A DNA stretch of 64,000 bases from Takakia lepidozioides (Eukaryota; Plantae; Bryophyta): the NCBI GenBank assembly GCA_030704615.1, contig CM060734.1, forward strand, positions 1,612,001-1,676,000. The letters are read 5' to 3'. The translations under genes and the position numbers were made by a program. The notes beneath the pieces were generated by a model, which did no database searches, had not been told where the DNA came from, and saw only the letters and a program-made list of their open reading frames with translations. The number at the start of each line of letters is the position of its first letter. Positions within the stretch are counted from its first letter, which is position 1. This document shows, one piece after another, positions 10,330 through 23,186 of the stretch.

Positions 10330-13300
10330 TTCCTGGACAGTTGACGAGACCATTGTCGTGCTAGGTAACGACGGAGGTTGCGGAATCGAATGGCAGTTCC
10401 CCGTCAGACACCATCCTGTACCGAGCTGTGGGAATGCCCATTCCCTTCCGAATCAGTCGTGCCCACACCATCCACAAAGGAGTCCGGAAACCGAGGCGGC
10501 CACTGCCAACAGAGAGGTATGCAACGATAATCATTCCCGACCTGGACCGTCAAGACCCTCCATAGCTTCTCGTGTGGACGTATTCGACCATTTCCGACGA
10601 GGAAGATGATTGCATTGAGGTACCCATGTCCTCCACACGGTCGTTCAAATCCGGCATGGACGTCTCTGTAGGTGCTACGAATGTGCCCTCGAGCATAACT
10701 CCAACCCGGTCCATTGGGGCTCCTACGACAACATCACCTCGATGGTTCTCGCTCCGAGGGGCTGCTCTCGACTATGCCAAATTCCCAGTCAAAAGGTAAC
10801 TTTCTGCCTCCCGAAGTCGATGGCAATGTCATCTTCGAGTTTCCACCTTTTCTTCGTCAAAGAAAGCCTCCGGGATGTTAACAGACATGGATCGAAAGCA
10901 TGACGGACACCCCTGGTGTGTGACGAAGACAGTAGCACGAAAATTGCTGATGGTGTTCTGTACGATATGTCCTCTGTGCGGGAAGCTGAGGTGCCTCAAT
11001 CCCACCTGCTTCCACTTTCTCTCCAAAGGAGGGCGGAGAGAAACGAGACGGATTGGACTGGCACAACGCATCATCCATTCATTGTCTCCAGCCAAGCTCC
11101 TGCGGGTTCTTTCAAGTGTGCACATTGCAAAGAACCACCGACGTGCATGTCCATGTGCAGAGCCAAGCAATATTACGTAATCCATTTGCTCCCGGACTTG
11201 ACTAGAGCTTGCATACACGTTGGGTCCACTGCCACCCCTTGGCGAGAGGCAACATGCGTGAGGCTGTGCAGGAAGCACACGACATCATAAAAGAGGAGGT
11301 GAAATTGAGCCCCGGAGCCAGACCAAAGCAGATTCAGCTGAAGGCAGCCCACAAGATTGCTCTTGGCAAAATCATGTCTGAAGATGGTTCCGACCGAGAG
11401 CCCTTGACCGAAGACGAGATGCGTGACCTCTTGGAGTCCGTCTCGCACGTTTGTAGTCCGAATGTGCGGAATCACATCGTATCTTGCAAGCAGGAGTTCG
11501 GCAGGGGGTCGGACATGTACTCAATCCTGGAGGTGAAACGAATGACTGGATATGACTACATCCAAGGTAGCAGGTTTCCAGGGCAAGGCAGCGAATCCGA
11601 TCGTTGTTACATTTTCAAAATGTCGACGTGTGGGCCTGGGAGTGGAGTCGACTTGGTCACTCGCATGACAACTGGAAACTTGTCGAATGCTTGGGTGATG
11701 TTTGATCACATCAAGCGAATTACAAACCATCAGTGGGTGACTATGGGTGCGCATGTTTATGACTATCACTCCAAGAGGCTCATGACGATTGCAATCTGCG
11801 AGATGAAAGGGGAGGACACACAGTCCGAGATGCATCTGTGGGAGGGCATAAACGAGCAGATGGCAAGGGCGGGATTGCCAGAGCCCAATTTCAGGGGATT
11901 CATGGCAGACAACGCTCAGGCCAACTGGGCAGCGGTGCGGCGTGTGTACGGTGAGGACCCCAATGTTCCAATGGAGGGGAAAGAGAGATCCTGTGTGGAT
12001 TCCATTGGATGCAGAGTCTATCCCACTACACTACCAAAATTTGTTGCTAGCTCATTCCAGGCTGAACACCGTGTCCTTTGTACGGCGTGGAAGGATGCAC
12101 CCACATTTGATGACGCGGAGGTTAAGTTTGCTATCATCGAGGCTTGGTGGAACACGTCAGGTGCAGTGGAGACAACCAATCTGGGAGCATTGCACAGCTG
12201 GTTGGGGTGGTGGCATTTTCGGTATCGACAGTTCGGACAGTACATGCGGGAGGTAGGCTGCTGTCATTTTCGTTCATTTGTCTTTCTGTTACGGACATTT
12301 CGATTGGTCCCTCACCGTTGTTTGTGTCCTTCTAGGAGCGGTGCTTGGATTCCGACACGGACATGCCGAACACGAATATGGCAGAATCGGTCCACTCCTC
12401 CTGGCGAGCGTCTTCTGCCGCACATCTGGTGGACGTAGTCACGGCCACAACGGAGGACATCGACAGAGCAATCATGCAGCAAGCACGTACTACAAGTTCC
12501 TGAGCGGCAAACAATGGGGCTTTGGGCCGGACAGGAGGAATTGTTGGTACGAACAGCTTCGAGGTCCAAGAATCCAGTGAAATGGGCGACAGCATTGCGA
12601 GAGAAGATCAAAGGGACGCCTCTGCACCGCAGAGGTGAACACCTAGAGGGGGACGTCCGGACTCGCCCTGTCAGGCGGAGGATTGAAGAGGAACCCGGGT
12701 GCGAAGAGGATTCCTGGAGATCCGACAGGAACATTCGGACAGCACCTCGAGGTCCCGTCATGTTGCCGCACAATGTGTCTTCCAGCAGTGGAAGCCCAAG
12801 AAATTCCAGATCGCCGTCGCCTTCAACCGGGGGATTTCGTGCAACAAATTCCCACCGCTCCCTGCCCCACATTCCGCCCGCTGTTATGCAGTATGGCCAA
12901 ACCATTGTGGAGACGACTGTCTGCCTCACAGTGGAGAGAATTGCTCGCACAAAGCCGTCGTTTCGAGGAAGGTGTTCCGCAATTCGTGTGGATACACGGC
13001 AACGTTGTTTAGAGATGATAAGGAGGAATCCAGATGGGGCTGTCCCTGCTCCTACTTTTACAGGAAGATTTGTCCATGCAAAGTTTGCGGAGGCGACAAC
13101 CACCCAGTTCTGGTTCTGCAGGCACGACATTATGACTTGCGTGTATGGAAAGCCCAAGTACGGCATACAGACAATGCCAGAGGCTCCCCGGTGTGGCCGG
13201 TGGAACCAGCGATCTGAGTCAGGTTGAGGCCGACGCCCTTACCGCCGCAGGATTTCGGATGGTGCAGCGCACTGACGTGCCCAGACAACCATTTCCGCTT

Positions 13301-13798
13301 CCACAGCCTCCACCACCGACCCTGTGAGAGCAAGAACAATGGGACACGACAGCTCTAAGCATCCTACACACCGTTGGGGGAAACCGAAGAGGCGGCGACC
13401 TCCCTCAAAAGTGAACGAGACAAGGATGGGGAATGCACTTCGGATGAACTGTACAATCCAGAGCTCGACAGAAGTGCCCCACCAGGATTCGGGCGTGTGT
13501 ATCAGATGGCCACGGCGGGCTCAGCTGTTCGCAATGAGGTGTACACCATCACCATTTCAGAATTACCCACCTGCAATTGCACCGACTTCCAGATCATGGC
13601 GAACAAGGGGGCATCATACTGCCCTTGCAAGCATTTGTACTACGTGTACCTAAAGAGACTCCGTGTAATTCCACAACTCATCACTTCATACATGCACCAG
13701 GGTTGAGCCCCCAGGAGGTTCACACTCTTCTGAATATGGATCCAGGGACCAGTGAGCTTGGCTTGCGGTCCACATACAATGGTACGCCCATCGGATAG
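10330..13798 (+). pseudogene. MULE-like transposase (GCM/WRKY-like Zn domain, DDE core, C-terminal SWIM), frameshifted
   Basis: DGHPW...LRCLNPTC...CAHCKEPPTC...RACIHVG.HCHP; WVMFDHIKR, FMADNAQA, C..FHW, NMAESVH (D, D, CxxH, E); SWIM CNCTDF...CPCKHL; intron 12253-12335; start approximate. Confidence 0.8.
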
Positions 13799-13983
13799 TA
13801 GAACTGTACTGCTGCCAGTACCTCAGACTCTGGCCACACAAAGGTCCGACATATGTCTTGCCTACCAGTAACCTGTTTTGATCGAACTAAGATATTACTA
13901 TATCGTTCACTTGTTTCCACGTGCATGTATTTTTGTATGTTGGAGGGGTTCATGTTTTTCTGCTTTCCGAAAACTTGCTCTCC

Positions 13984-14436
13984 TCATTCGACCTCCGACA
14001 AGGAAATGCGGCGCCGAATTTCCAAGTATCGTCGTAGGTACCCCCAGAGGCGGCCTTCGCCAACACCAAACCGCTCCGAAATTTCGCACGTGCGAACCCT
14101 AATGCGGCACCTATTTCCCAGTTCAGTTGCAAACCTTTCCCGCCGAATACCCGAAGAAGACAGAATTGTGAAGTACTGCAGACTGTATTGGTGCAGACTC
14201 CATTGGTTCAATCGCGGCAAAAGGGTCAGCTTCATTCCAATGTTAAGGCATGTAAAACCGCGGAATACTCTATACAGGCCAGTATGCGACGTCCTTTTGC
14301 AGTGGTATACTGGATTTCCCGTTGCACGGTCACTTATTTCCATGAGCGGATCTATAAAACCATGAGCGGACTTGTTACTGACGACATATCTTCGCCGCAT
14401 TACATGATCTGGAACGTCCAAAAACGGCAAGGTCAA
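13984..14436 (-). other. 150-aa ORF near the right TIR, function unknown, may be spurious
   Basis: ORF track only; contains palindrome copies at 14002 and 14101. Confidence 0.15.
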
Positions 14437-14475
14437 ATAAAAAAACTATTATTTTAATACTTGTTTAATCTGCCG

Positions 14476-14591
14476 CATTTCCAAATTTGGAGGAGTCCGC
14501 TCATGAAATCCGCGTATCTTAGACTTCGGCTCACCGCTCATGCGGCTCATGCGGCTCATGGCTCATGGCTCATGGTTTCTGCTCATGAAAT
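14476..14591 (-). repeat. Right imperfect TIR of element 1 (GCTCATG heptamers)
   Basis: gctcatgcggctcatgcggctcatggctcatggctcatggtttctgctcatgaaat. Confidence 0.8.
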
Positions 14592-14603
14592 AGTAAACCT
14601 CAC

Positions 14604-14856
14604 TGAATGCTGCATTGACATTCAGCAAAATGAAGTGATCAACCCTCATTGTAACCTCTATGGACATTACAAAAATTTAAATAACCTTGAGGACCACACA
14701 ACAACTCCGTAGTATGAATGTCGTCAACGCCATTCAAGGACATTATCAATTCTAATCAGGGACAATATAATTGCACCCTTAGATCCTAACCAGGTGAATT
14801 CATATACTCGCTTAGAATGACTCAGACAAAGAAGTGAATGTCGTCAACGACATTCA
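14604..14856. repeat. Element-2 palindrome TGAATGTCGT-CA-ACGACATTCA (3 copies)
   Basis: 14835-14856 has perfect arms, 14715-14736 has 1 mismatch, 14604-14624 is degenerate. Confidence 0.75.
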
Positions 14857-14929
14857 ATCTGGATCTAAGATTGCAATCCATATGAAGCCACAATTTTTCC
14901 CAAAAAAACAGTAGAGTTTCAAGTATGAC

Positions 14930-17430
14930 ATTTCACCTGTACACAACTCGCATCATGGCCCACTCTCCTCCAACCTGACTGTCAAAGTCGTTGGACCGTA
15001 AAATTTACCATCTTTGGAGAACTCCCGGAAAAAAACAGTATCTCCAGGTGAGACCTCTCCACTTCCTTATGTATGCCTCCAATGACATTTGGGGAAGGGA
15101 AACAATCGCAATGTTCAGGTCCTTCAAAGTCTGATCCAGCACAATGACGGCGCGCTTTTCGAGCTGCAAATAGTATATTTGTCAGAATTGCAAAAAAAAA
15201 GAAAAACCATCACATACTTGAAGAGAAGAAGAAACAGCATGTTCGAATACACACCTGACTCCAAAATGTAGCCTTGTGGAGCCAGTTATCAAACACCAAA
15301 TCACTGATTCCTTCCACCTTTGTGCCAGGCTGTATGGTGCTCTTTGGGAACTGATTCAAGTCCTTTTACTGTTTGATCTGAGTTCCATATCTCCAGCCAC
15401 CTTATTTTTGTTTGTGGGTCGACCATCGATATGGCCAGCCGGTGCAATTTCTCCTGCGCATCTCCGGATGCACATGCTTGTTCATAGTGTGTTTTGATCT
15501 GCTGAAGGAACTCAGGACCAAGTCCAGGATCTACTTTCTAAGCTGCTTTCCGAAGGCTGACATCAATTTGGTTCTTCGCATCTCAAACTCCTTCTTTATT
15601 GCAGCTTCCACACCCTTTGATGTCCTTAGTTCCTCTGGTGTAGTGCGGTAATATTCGGATTTTCCCTTCTCAGCTGCCTCTGCCAGTTCTTGCTGCATTC
15701 ATTCAAGTAGTGATTAGCTCCGAAGGGACTCTAAACATGTATTCGAAAAGTAAACAGATTACAGACTCGGGCTTACCGCATACATGTACTCCAGAAACGC
15801 CTCTCTCTCGTGTCAAAGAATACCAAGTGCCTGCAGCTCTTCTGTTTCGCACTTCTTGATGATATTGGGTGGTAGTACTGTCCGAAAATCATCCAGCTTC
15901 ATCAGACCAATCCTCTGAATTCGGAATAGTGTGTGAAACCAAGCTTGTTGTCACATGCGATTTTCTCTGTCGATCTGCAAAAAACATTGAAAACATTGCA
16001 TTCCTTAACACTGTTTTGAGGATCAACAAGACACTACAGAGGGAATGAAATCTCCTGGATGACTTACTTGTTCACGTCGTGCATAGCTGTAAGAAGCCTA
16101 GCGATGTCGTTTCCTGGATCCAAAACCATTGCCTCCACAGCAACATGCTTGTTGTCTTTCGAATGGTGGTTCTGAATGTATCCCATCCATGCCAGCAATC
16201 GGTGGTTGCCGTCCCAGACGTAGAACATGTGGTTGCAAAATTGCTGGGTGTTCTTTCCCATCATGAGGCCCAGCTCGAACTCCTCATTGGCATCTTTCCA
16301 CACTCATCCCAGTTATCACTGATCTCTGGAGAAACTAATGTGCTTTTCCCATTTATATCCGTCAGTGACACATAAAAACTTGTGCACCAAGTCTATATCC
16401 ATGCACAAAATCACTCTCCAATTTTGTTATGTCATGGGAAAGAGGTGGACGCACAACAGGCATTGATATCATCCGGCACAGAGGTATGTCCAGACGCCCT
16501 CCAGATACGAGCATGTCCCTTATAACCTCCTGAGAGTTTACCTTCTGGAATGACATGAGTTCTTTCACCTTGTCAAGGTAGTGCACTTCGGATTCATCTG
16601 CTTCATCTGTATTCTCTGAGCTTTTTGCGGACTCGTCCCATCTCCAGATCCTTTCCCCTCTGATCCTGTAGGCTTCGACCTCACAGTTTTCTGCACGATG
16701 CCATTCAGTTCTGACTAAGTGATTTGCAAATAGTGAATGGCGGTAACGACAATCACTCTGTATCAAGGAAACTCACCATGAATGGTGTGAAAGAATTCAG
16801 CACAATCTACACATGCAAAGCCGAGACTGCCGTATTCAAAACAAAAGTGAGAGCGATAGCGAACGGCGTTAACGACAATCACAAAAGATAACAACCTGCC
16901 GGATCGGTGTTGTGTAATGACATATATGTGCAACTGATGGCGCAACGACATTCAGTGTAGTTTAGGGAGAATAGTAAGTGCAGACTCTATCTTCAAAACA
17001 CATAGGTACATAAATCTCATGAGCAGAATCGAATGGCGTTAACGACGCTCGCGATTCAGTAGTTCCTGCTAAAGAATGGAAGAGGAAGGACTCCTTGAAA
17101 GGCAATCACACAGACTATATGATAAAACTTACTGGCACCTTCTTAGGTTTTGAAATTTGATCCCCTTCTGCAGCTTTCCTCTTCCCTCACATCTGCTGGA
17201 GTTTCTGTCTGCGCAAGGGTTTCTTGACCTTCTTCAGGTTCGGCGTTCCGCGTGCTTCCACTTTTTCAGTGTCCCTGCGATTCATCTCTGCCTCCACAGG
17301 CTGGCGCACTCTTATCGCCGACTGTGTCGCAGCAGCTGCCTCAGTCTCCGTCTGCTCTGTGAATCAGTCTCCGCGTTCACCTGCTGCCTTGGCCTGTGTT
17401 CTCCAACAAAACGACGCCTCGTCATTTTCT
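14930..17430 (-). pseudogene. ParB/Srx-like domain gene of element 2, truncated before any MTase domain
   Basis: RLDIPLCRMISMPVVRPPLSHDITKLESDFVHGYRLG...MFYVWDGNHRLLAW...TAMHDVN; intron 15975-16067 at the same codon position as element-1 intron 6254-6365; intron 16691-17132; outer limits approximate. Confidence 0.7.
16734..17051. repeat. Four degenerate element-2 palindromes (GAATGGCGT-TA/CA-ACGACA.TC) inside the predicted intron 16691-17132
   Basis: Centres ~16744, 16870, 16943, 17040. Confidence 0.65.
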
Positions 17431-18280
17431 CTCTTGCTCTGCGTCTCTCTCTAAGGGAAGTAAAATAAAGAGACTTTCTTCTCTTTCGTATTCTAGAAGG
17501 AACCCTCTCCAGCTTGACTACCACTCTCCCTCTAAGCTCGAAAAGTAGAAAAAACGCAGTGACTCTCGATTTCTTGCGGGATTGCCTGTGTTCTTGCGTG
17601 TCTCTAGAAGCATCGGATTCCCTCCCGCGTGACCGTTACACATAGTCGTTTCGTTATTAGTGCACATGCCAGCAATTGGTGTACAGCTGTTCGTATTCAG
17701 TTATGGATGTCTGACGTGTGCGCCCAAAACAAAACGGCGTGTTCTAAATTATAACTGGTTCAATATTTAAAAAGAACAGCGAATCCCAGAAAATTGATGC
17801 GCAGTCTTAAACAAATAAATATAAATGAACGAGAGTTTGATGACAAATTTGGAATATCATACACGGTCATCCTTGTTATCCAACCCCACATTCGTTGCAC
17901 ATTTGGAACTTTCCAGGTGCGCATGATCATTGGTAGTAGTATATAGATACATTTACTTAATCTGCAATCCCATTCTCGGATCCTGTGGCATGCTTCCAGG
18001 AAGTCCTTTGTTATTGGGTTTATTGATGAGGTTCTGATTAACGGTTTAACAGTTGCCGACACTGCCCCTATGGATTCTCTGACCACTGGGCCCACAAGAA
18101 AAAAGTAATTAAAATGGACGGCTGCATATCTGGAAATGAATAACATAATATGCACAGTCGTTATCTGAGCTTCCTCCGCCATATGCTCTGCTCATTCTTC
18201 AACTGTGTTCTGGAGACAAGCAGTAAACGATTTACACTAGATCTGCGATAGCAAGGTACAAACATACTCGAGGAAGGAAG

Positions 18281-21200
18281 ATGGCTTCCTCTGAAGCGGA
18301 GTTCTTCTCAGACGACAAACCAGTGCCGTTCTCCCAGGAAGTCCTTGACAATGGATTTGCAATTGTTCTGGAACATGTCTTGGCTACCCGTTTTCAGCTG
18401 CAGAATGGCTCCATCTTTTTGGAGAAAGAGGTTACGATCTGAAAGGGAAGTTGGTGAAAATATTCTTTCCAAAACCGTGATGAGACGGCTCATATCAGCC
18501 AGTGGAGAGTGCGTCCTGGTCGATACAGAGTACTTGGAGAGCCTCGGCGAAAGTCCCTTGGGTCATATGTGACGCCGGGACTGCTGCTTCGGTCGTTGAA
18601 GACAAGAGGGAGGTGGTGGTGGTGAAAAAAGAACAGACCTCCACTCCAATCGTTGAGCTTTCGGATTCTTCGATGATGACATAAGTGAAATTCCAAATCC
18701 AGTCCTTCCTACTGTGGTTGCAGAAGCTGATGAAGAAGAGATTTGTAGTGTCATTCCAAAATTGCGGGCGATGGGAGGAATGGCTGGATTCAAAAGTGAG
18801 TTGCGGGGAATTGATTGGGAATCTTTGAAGCAGGTGCCTGTGAAGTTCTTGCCGGAGACTTTTGATGGCGATATCCTATTCGAGCTGCCTCCTCCTCCGC
18901 GAGTTGGGGTGTAACAATCATGATGCATGGAATGGACAAGAAAACACGACGGGCACCCGTGGTGCAGAACAAAAAACATCCAATATTCAGAATGATGACA
19001 AGCTGTTTTCAGGAGGACAGTTTGCAATGGACACCTTAGGTGTGATAATTTGAATTGCAGACACTTTCTTCAGTCTGGAGTTCATAATCAAAGCGAATGG
19101 GAGGGTCTGGCGGAGAATCCATTTCAGCCTGGGACTGCCCTCCACCGGCAAACACTTTCGTCTGCAAATTCTGCAAACTGTGCCATCCTGCTTGGCGCTC
19201 TGCGGAGCAAGAATGTACTATGTTGTCCACCGTTTGAATACAATGACGAGAGCTGTGTGCATTTTGGATTCCATAACCATCCTGTCTCGAAGGGGGATTA
19301 CAGGGAGAGTGTTGAGACAGTATCGAGGTTGATCAAACAGGAGTTCGGAGAAACCCATCCGCAACAACATCTGCAATTGCTCTTGGCGCAAGCAAGTCCT
19401 TCTTGGAAAGCCATATTTTGAGTGAAGGAGATTCGTGGGGACTAAACTTGACGGTGCAGCATTGGACCTGGTCATGGATCATTTCTCCACTTTAAGTTCA
19501 CCTAACATTCGGCATCAGATCAATGCATTGAGAATGGGCTCTGGATCAGAGGCTACATAGACAAATATTTGGAATTGAAACGACTGAGAGTAAGTACGAT
19601 TACATCCAGGACAATGTATTCCCAGGTCAAGGTGCCATCAAAGTTTTTCTTTTCAAAATGTCGACTGTTGGGGAGGGCAGTGGGGTTAGCCTCGTGAAGG
19701 GATGCAAAAGACTGGGGACTTGCAGAACTGTTTTCTTATGTTGATCATGTGAAACGAGTGAAGGATTTGGACGACAATGGCTTGTCATGTCTACGATCCA
19801 GTGTACCAACGAGTTATGACAATTGCAGTTTGTGACATGCAATCCGAGGATACGGAATCCCAGAAGCTCATGTGGAATTCCCTGATACGTGTCATGGCTG
19901 CCAGGGCTGCCATCTCCAAATTTCGCGCAGGTTTCATGGCGGATAGTGCTCAAGCAAATTTCAATGCTATTCGTTATTGTCTTCGGATCGGGCGCCCCAA
20001 AAAAGTGCCTATGCCAGGAAGAGAGCGTACATGTCTATTCCATTGGACACAATCTCTGGAAAACATACAAAGTCGGACATCAAACCAGAGATGCAGACTC
20101 AGCACCGTAAATTGTGCAAAGAGTACAAAGATGCTAGAACAATGAAGGAGGTGGACACTTTGTTCCCAGACAATTCGTGCCTGGTGGTTCTCTTCTGGAG
20201 TGCATCACTTGAGAGTATGAGAGCATTGGAAGATTGGCTGGCGTTTGGCACTTCCGGTATAGACAGTGGGGAGCAGCCATGACAATGGTACGAGGCTTCT
20301 ATTTTCATGCTTTATTCATACATTTGCTTTCCATATTTTGATCATGGCTTTCTTTATGTTGTTTCCTGTGCACTATTCTGAAGTGTGGTTATCCTCTTTG
20401 CAGAACATGTCCATTGAGGAAATGGCAGACATGCCATCTTGCAATTTGGCAGAAACTGTGCACAATGCATGGTTGAAGCAGTCTGGGAAACGAGGTCGGG
20501 ATTTGTATGTGGCAACAACAGATGATTGATACGTGCCTTGCAACAACAAAACCCGATACCGTGATTTCTTACGAGGTGGGGTTGGTGGCAAGGGTCCGGA
20601 CAAATCGGAGTTGATGTTGCGTGCTGCAAACAGATTTGGGGATCCAATCAAGATAGCACGGGCGGTGAGCATGTATGCCCAGGGAACGCCACTTGTTTCT
20701 AGAGTTCCACATCTTGAAGGGGAGGAGAGATTCGGCTCCTGTAAGAGGAAATTGAACACTCCACCTGGTTCGGATTCAGATTCCCACAGGGCAGACCGTG
20801 ATAACTTCTCGAAGCCTCGTGTTCCCCTGCAGGACAGCTCCGTGTCCGGAACCTCCATTGTGGAGGAACCTCCAACACGACGGCAAGCTCCAGCATCAAA
20901 CCGTGCCACTGAAATGGTGCAGGAGAGAAACAACCCCCTTGATGTGCTTGAGTCCGCATGCCCCGACCACGTTTGGCACATAGAACGCACAAGTGTCGGG
21001 TCTCGTGTGAAATGTACAGCGATCAGGGCAACTAATTTCGAGAAGTGCACTTCATCTATATCCAGAGGTGGTGCCCGAACTCCTGCTCCGACTTTCACGG
21101 GCTTGATGCGTCCATACGGTCAACCAGAAGCCAAGAACCACAAGTTCTGGTTCTGCGCAGATGATTGTGCCAGATGTGTGCATGGAACTGTGCGTCCTTC

Positions 21201-21782
21201 CGTAGTGATGAAGCCATCTCCTCCAACCGTTTGGCCCGTGAAGGTGGGAACACATCTCAGCTTTCAGGAGATTGAAATGCTGGAGGAGGCAGGTTTTTCC
21301 CTTGCGAGACAACCCCAACATGTGCTACTACTCCTGCGTCCTCCCGGGTCCCCCCGGCAAATCCTGACTTGTGGCCAACCAAACGAGATGGAAAGCTCGT
21401 TCGGCGTTTCCCTCCAACCGCTGAACACTTTGGCAAAGTGGAGTCCGCAAGAATGCTCCAAGCTCGTGTCGGAAGCACCACGGAAGTACCCGATCCAGGA
21501 TATGGTCGGGTATTCACAATCATCACTTCCACATCTGCTGTTCATGACAGGACCTACGACATCACGGTTTCCAATTTCCCCAATTGCACATGTCCTGATT
21601 TTGTGAATATGCTATCAACCAGTTTGGGCAAGAGAGGTAAATTCATACCCTGCAAACATTTGTATTTCATATTTTTGAGGAGGATGGTTTGCGATCCCAA
21701 ACGTGACAACTTCATTCACCAGGCCACTATGAGTTTCAACGAGGTCGATACTCTTTTGCAGCGGGATACAACACATGGGTAG
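18281..21782 (+). pseudogene. MULE-like transposase of element 2 (GCM-like, DDE, SWIM), frameshifted
   Basis: FLPETFDGDILFELPP, DGHPW, CVHFGFHNHP, DHVKR, FMADSAQANF, RTCLFHW, NLAETVHNAW, SWIM CTCPDF...PCKHL; intron ~20288-20403 at the same position as in element 1. Confidence 0.8.
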
Positions 21783-22234
21783 CATGAACTATGTAATGTG
21801 GTATGTGGATGACCATGATTTGAAATGTGTAATTCACATCAATTCGTCGGCTGTGCAATGATATGGCCTCCAACTATACGGAGTGAGGTCTGAGTGACAA
21901 CTTTTAGGTAGTGCACATTTGTCATTGCACCGTTCGAAGTCTACATGTCTTGCTGTCGCTATGCACTACAATCATCTTTTGAAGATGATCATAACTCTCA
22001 TTGTTATTTGAGGAGGGAGGAAGTCTTCTTGTGGCAGCCTTTATGGCGCACACTTTGTGAGGATATTTTGTCGTCTTCGTAATTGTAAAAGTGAAACAAA
22101 CATTTGTAATTGCACAATGTTGGATGCTGCAATTGTAGGCCTCAACGCTCGTCTTGATTCTATTTAGGCAAGATTCCCTGCATTAATTCCACGGTCATAG
22201 GACCATCCACGGTTATAGGCGGCGCATGTTAATG

Positions 22235-22457
22235 CTGACGTGGCAGTTGACGGACAGTGCCACGTCATCATTTACCGCCACATCAGCATGCTAACATGAC
22301 GCTCACGCCACGTCAGCATGTGTGCAGGCTCACGCCACGTCAGCTGGCGTGAGCGTACGCTCACGCCACGTCACTCCTGCGTGAGCGTACGCTCGCGCGC
22401 TCACGTGCAACGCTCACGCCATTGCGTCGTTGCAAAATATGTGGTCTGCTCATGCAT
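22235..22457. repeat. Right terminal/subterminal repeat of element 2
   Basis: Repeated GCTCACGCCACGTCA; perfect 24-bp palindrome TGGCGTGAGCGTACGCTCACGCCA (~22345-22368). Confidence 0.6.
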
Positions 22458-23050
22458 GGACGCTTTGTTGTTATAGCGTTGCCATGCGGGGAGTGATCCC
22501 CTACAGCTGGGGTTGAGCGGTACTAAAGACGCTATCCAGCTCCTTGAAATTTTAAGCTACCCCAATTGTTAAAATGTCTGAAAATATACCGGAAATAGTT
22601 ATACTGGAAAATTCAAACCCTAATGGTCAATATCACGCACCAGTTCATGGCTAAAAGGTGGTGACTCCCACTTTGACAGCTAAAAGCCAGTGACTCAAAC
22701 GTTCAGGCATTGCAGGTGGGTTCTTCGTTGTTTTGGGTTGCATGCTGTAGATCCCTTACACATCTCCAGCTCTCTATTTAATGTCGCATCAGCCGGGCAG
22801 AGCAGCATACCTTCTTAACCTAAAAATCATGAAACAAATTGCCATATCAAGTGTGAGCAAAATACCTTATAAGGGACTATGCCAACCATCCATCTAGGAC
22901 AGTGATTCCTACATAAGTGTTATGATAGAGAATCTACAATCAGAAATTAGATTGCTATAAGTGTGAGCAAAATAAAAGGGACTATGCCAAGAGTCTATTT
23001 ACAAAAGTGTACCCTACATAAGTGTGCGGTGCAACGGTGCTATAATTACC

Positions 23051-23186
23051 AACTATCTAGTCCTTGGAGGACTACCACTTATAGTAACTACCAAGTCCTC
23101 CAAGGACTGCCACTTGTAACTACCCAGTCCTTGGAGGACTGTCACTTGTAACTACCTAGTCCTTGGAGGACTGCCACCTATAACTA
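23051..23186 (+). repeat. ~32-bp tandem repeat, about 4 copies
   Basis: Unit approx. aactacctagtccttggaggactgccacttgt. Confidence 0.8.

Larger units (their letters stand above)
253..14591. mobile_element. MULE-like DNA transposon, element 1 (~14.3 kb): transposase, ParB-MTase gene and palindrome arrays
   Basis: Ends ATTTCATGAGC (253) and GCTCATGAAAT (14591) are inverted; internal DDE+SWIM transposase; no TSD found. Confidence 0.8.
14592..22457. mobile_element. MULE-like element 2 (related family, left part missing): ParB gene plus transposase
   Basis: Same divergent layout, homologous proteins and shared intron positions with element 1; right end rich in GCTCACG/GCCACGTCAG, ending tctgctcatg like element 1. 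Confidence 0.7.

Noticed and set aside
240-14605. Target-site duplication for element 1
   Set aside because: Flanks gaagctgaatg and agtaaacctc do not match
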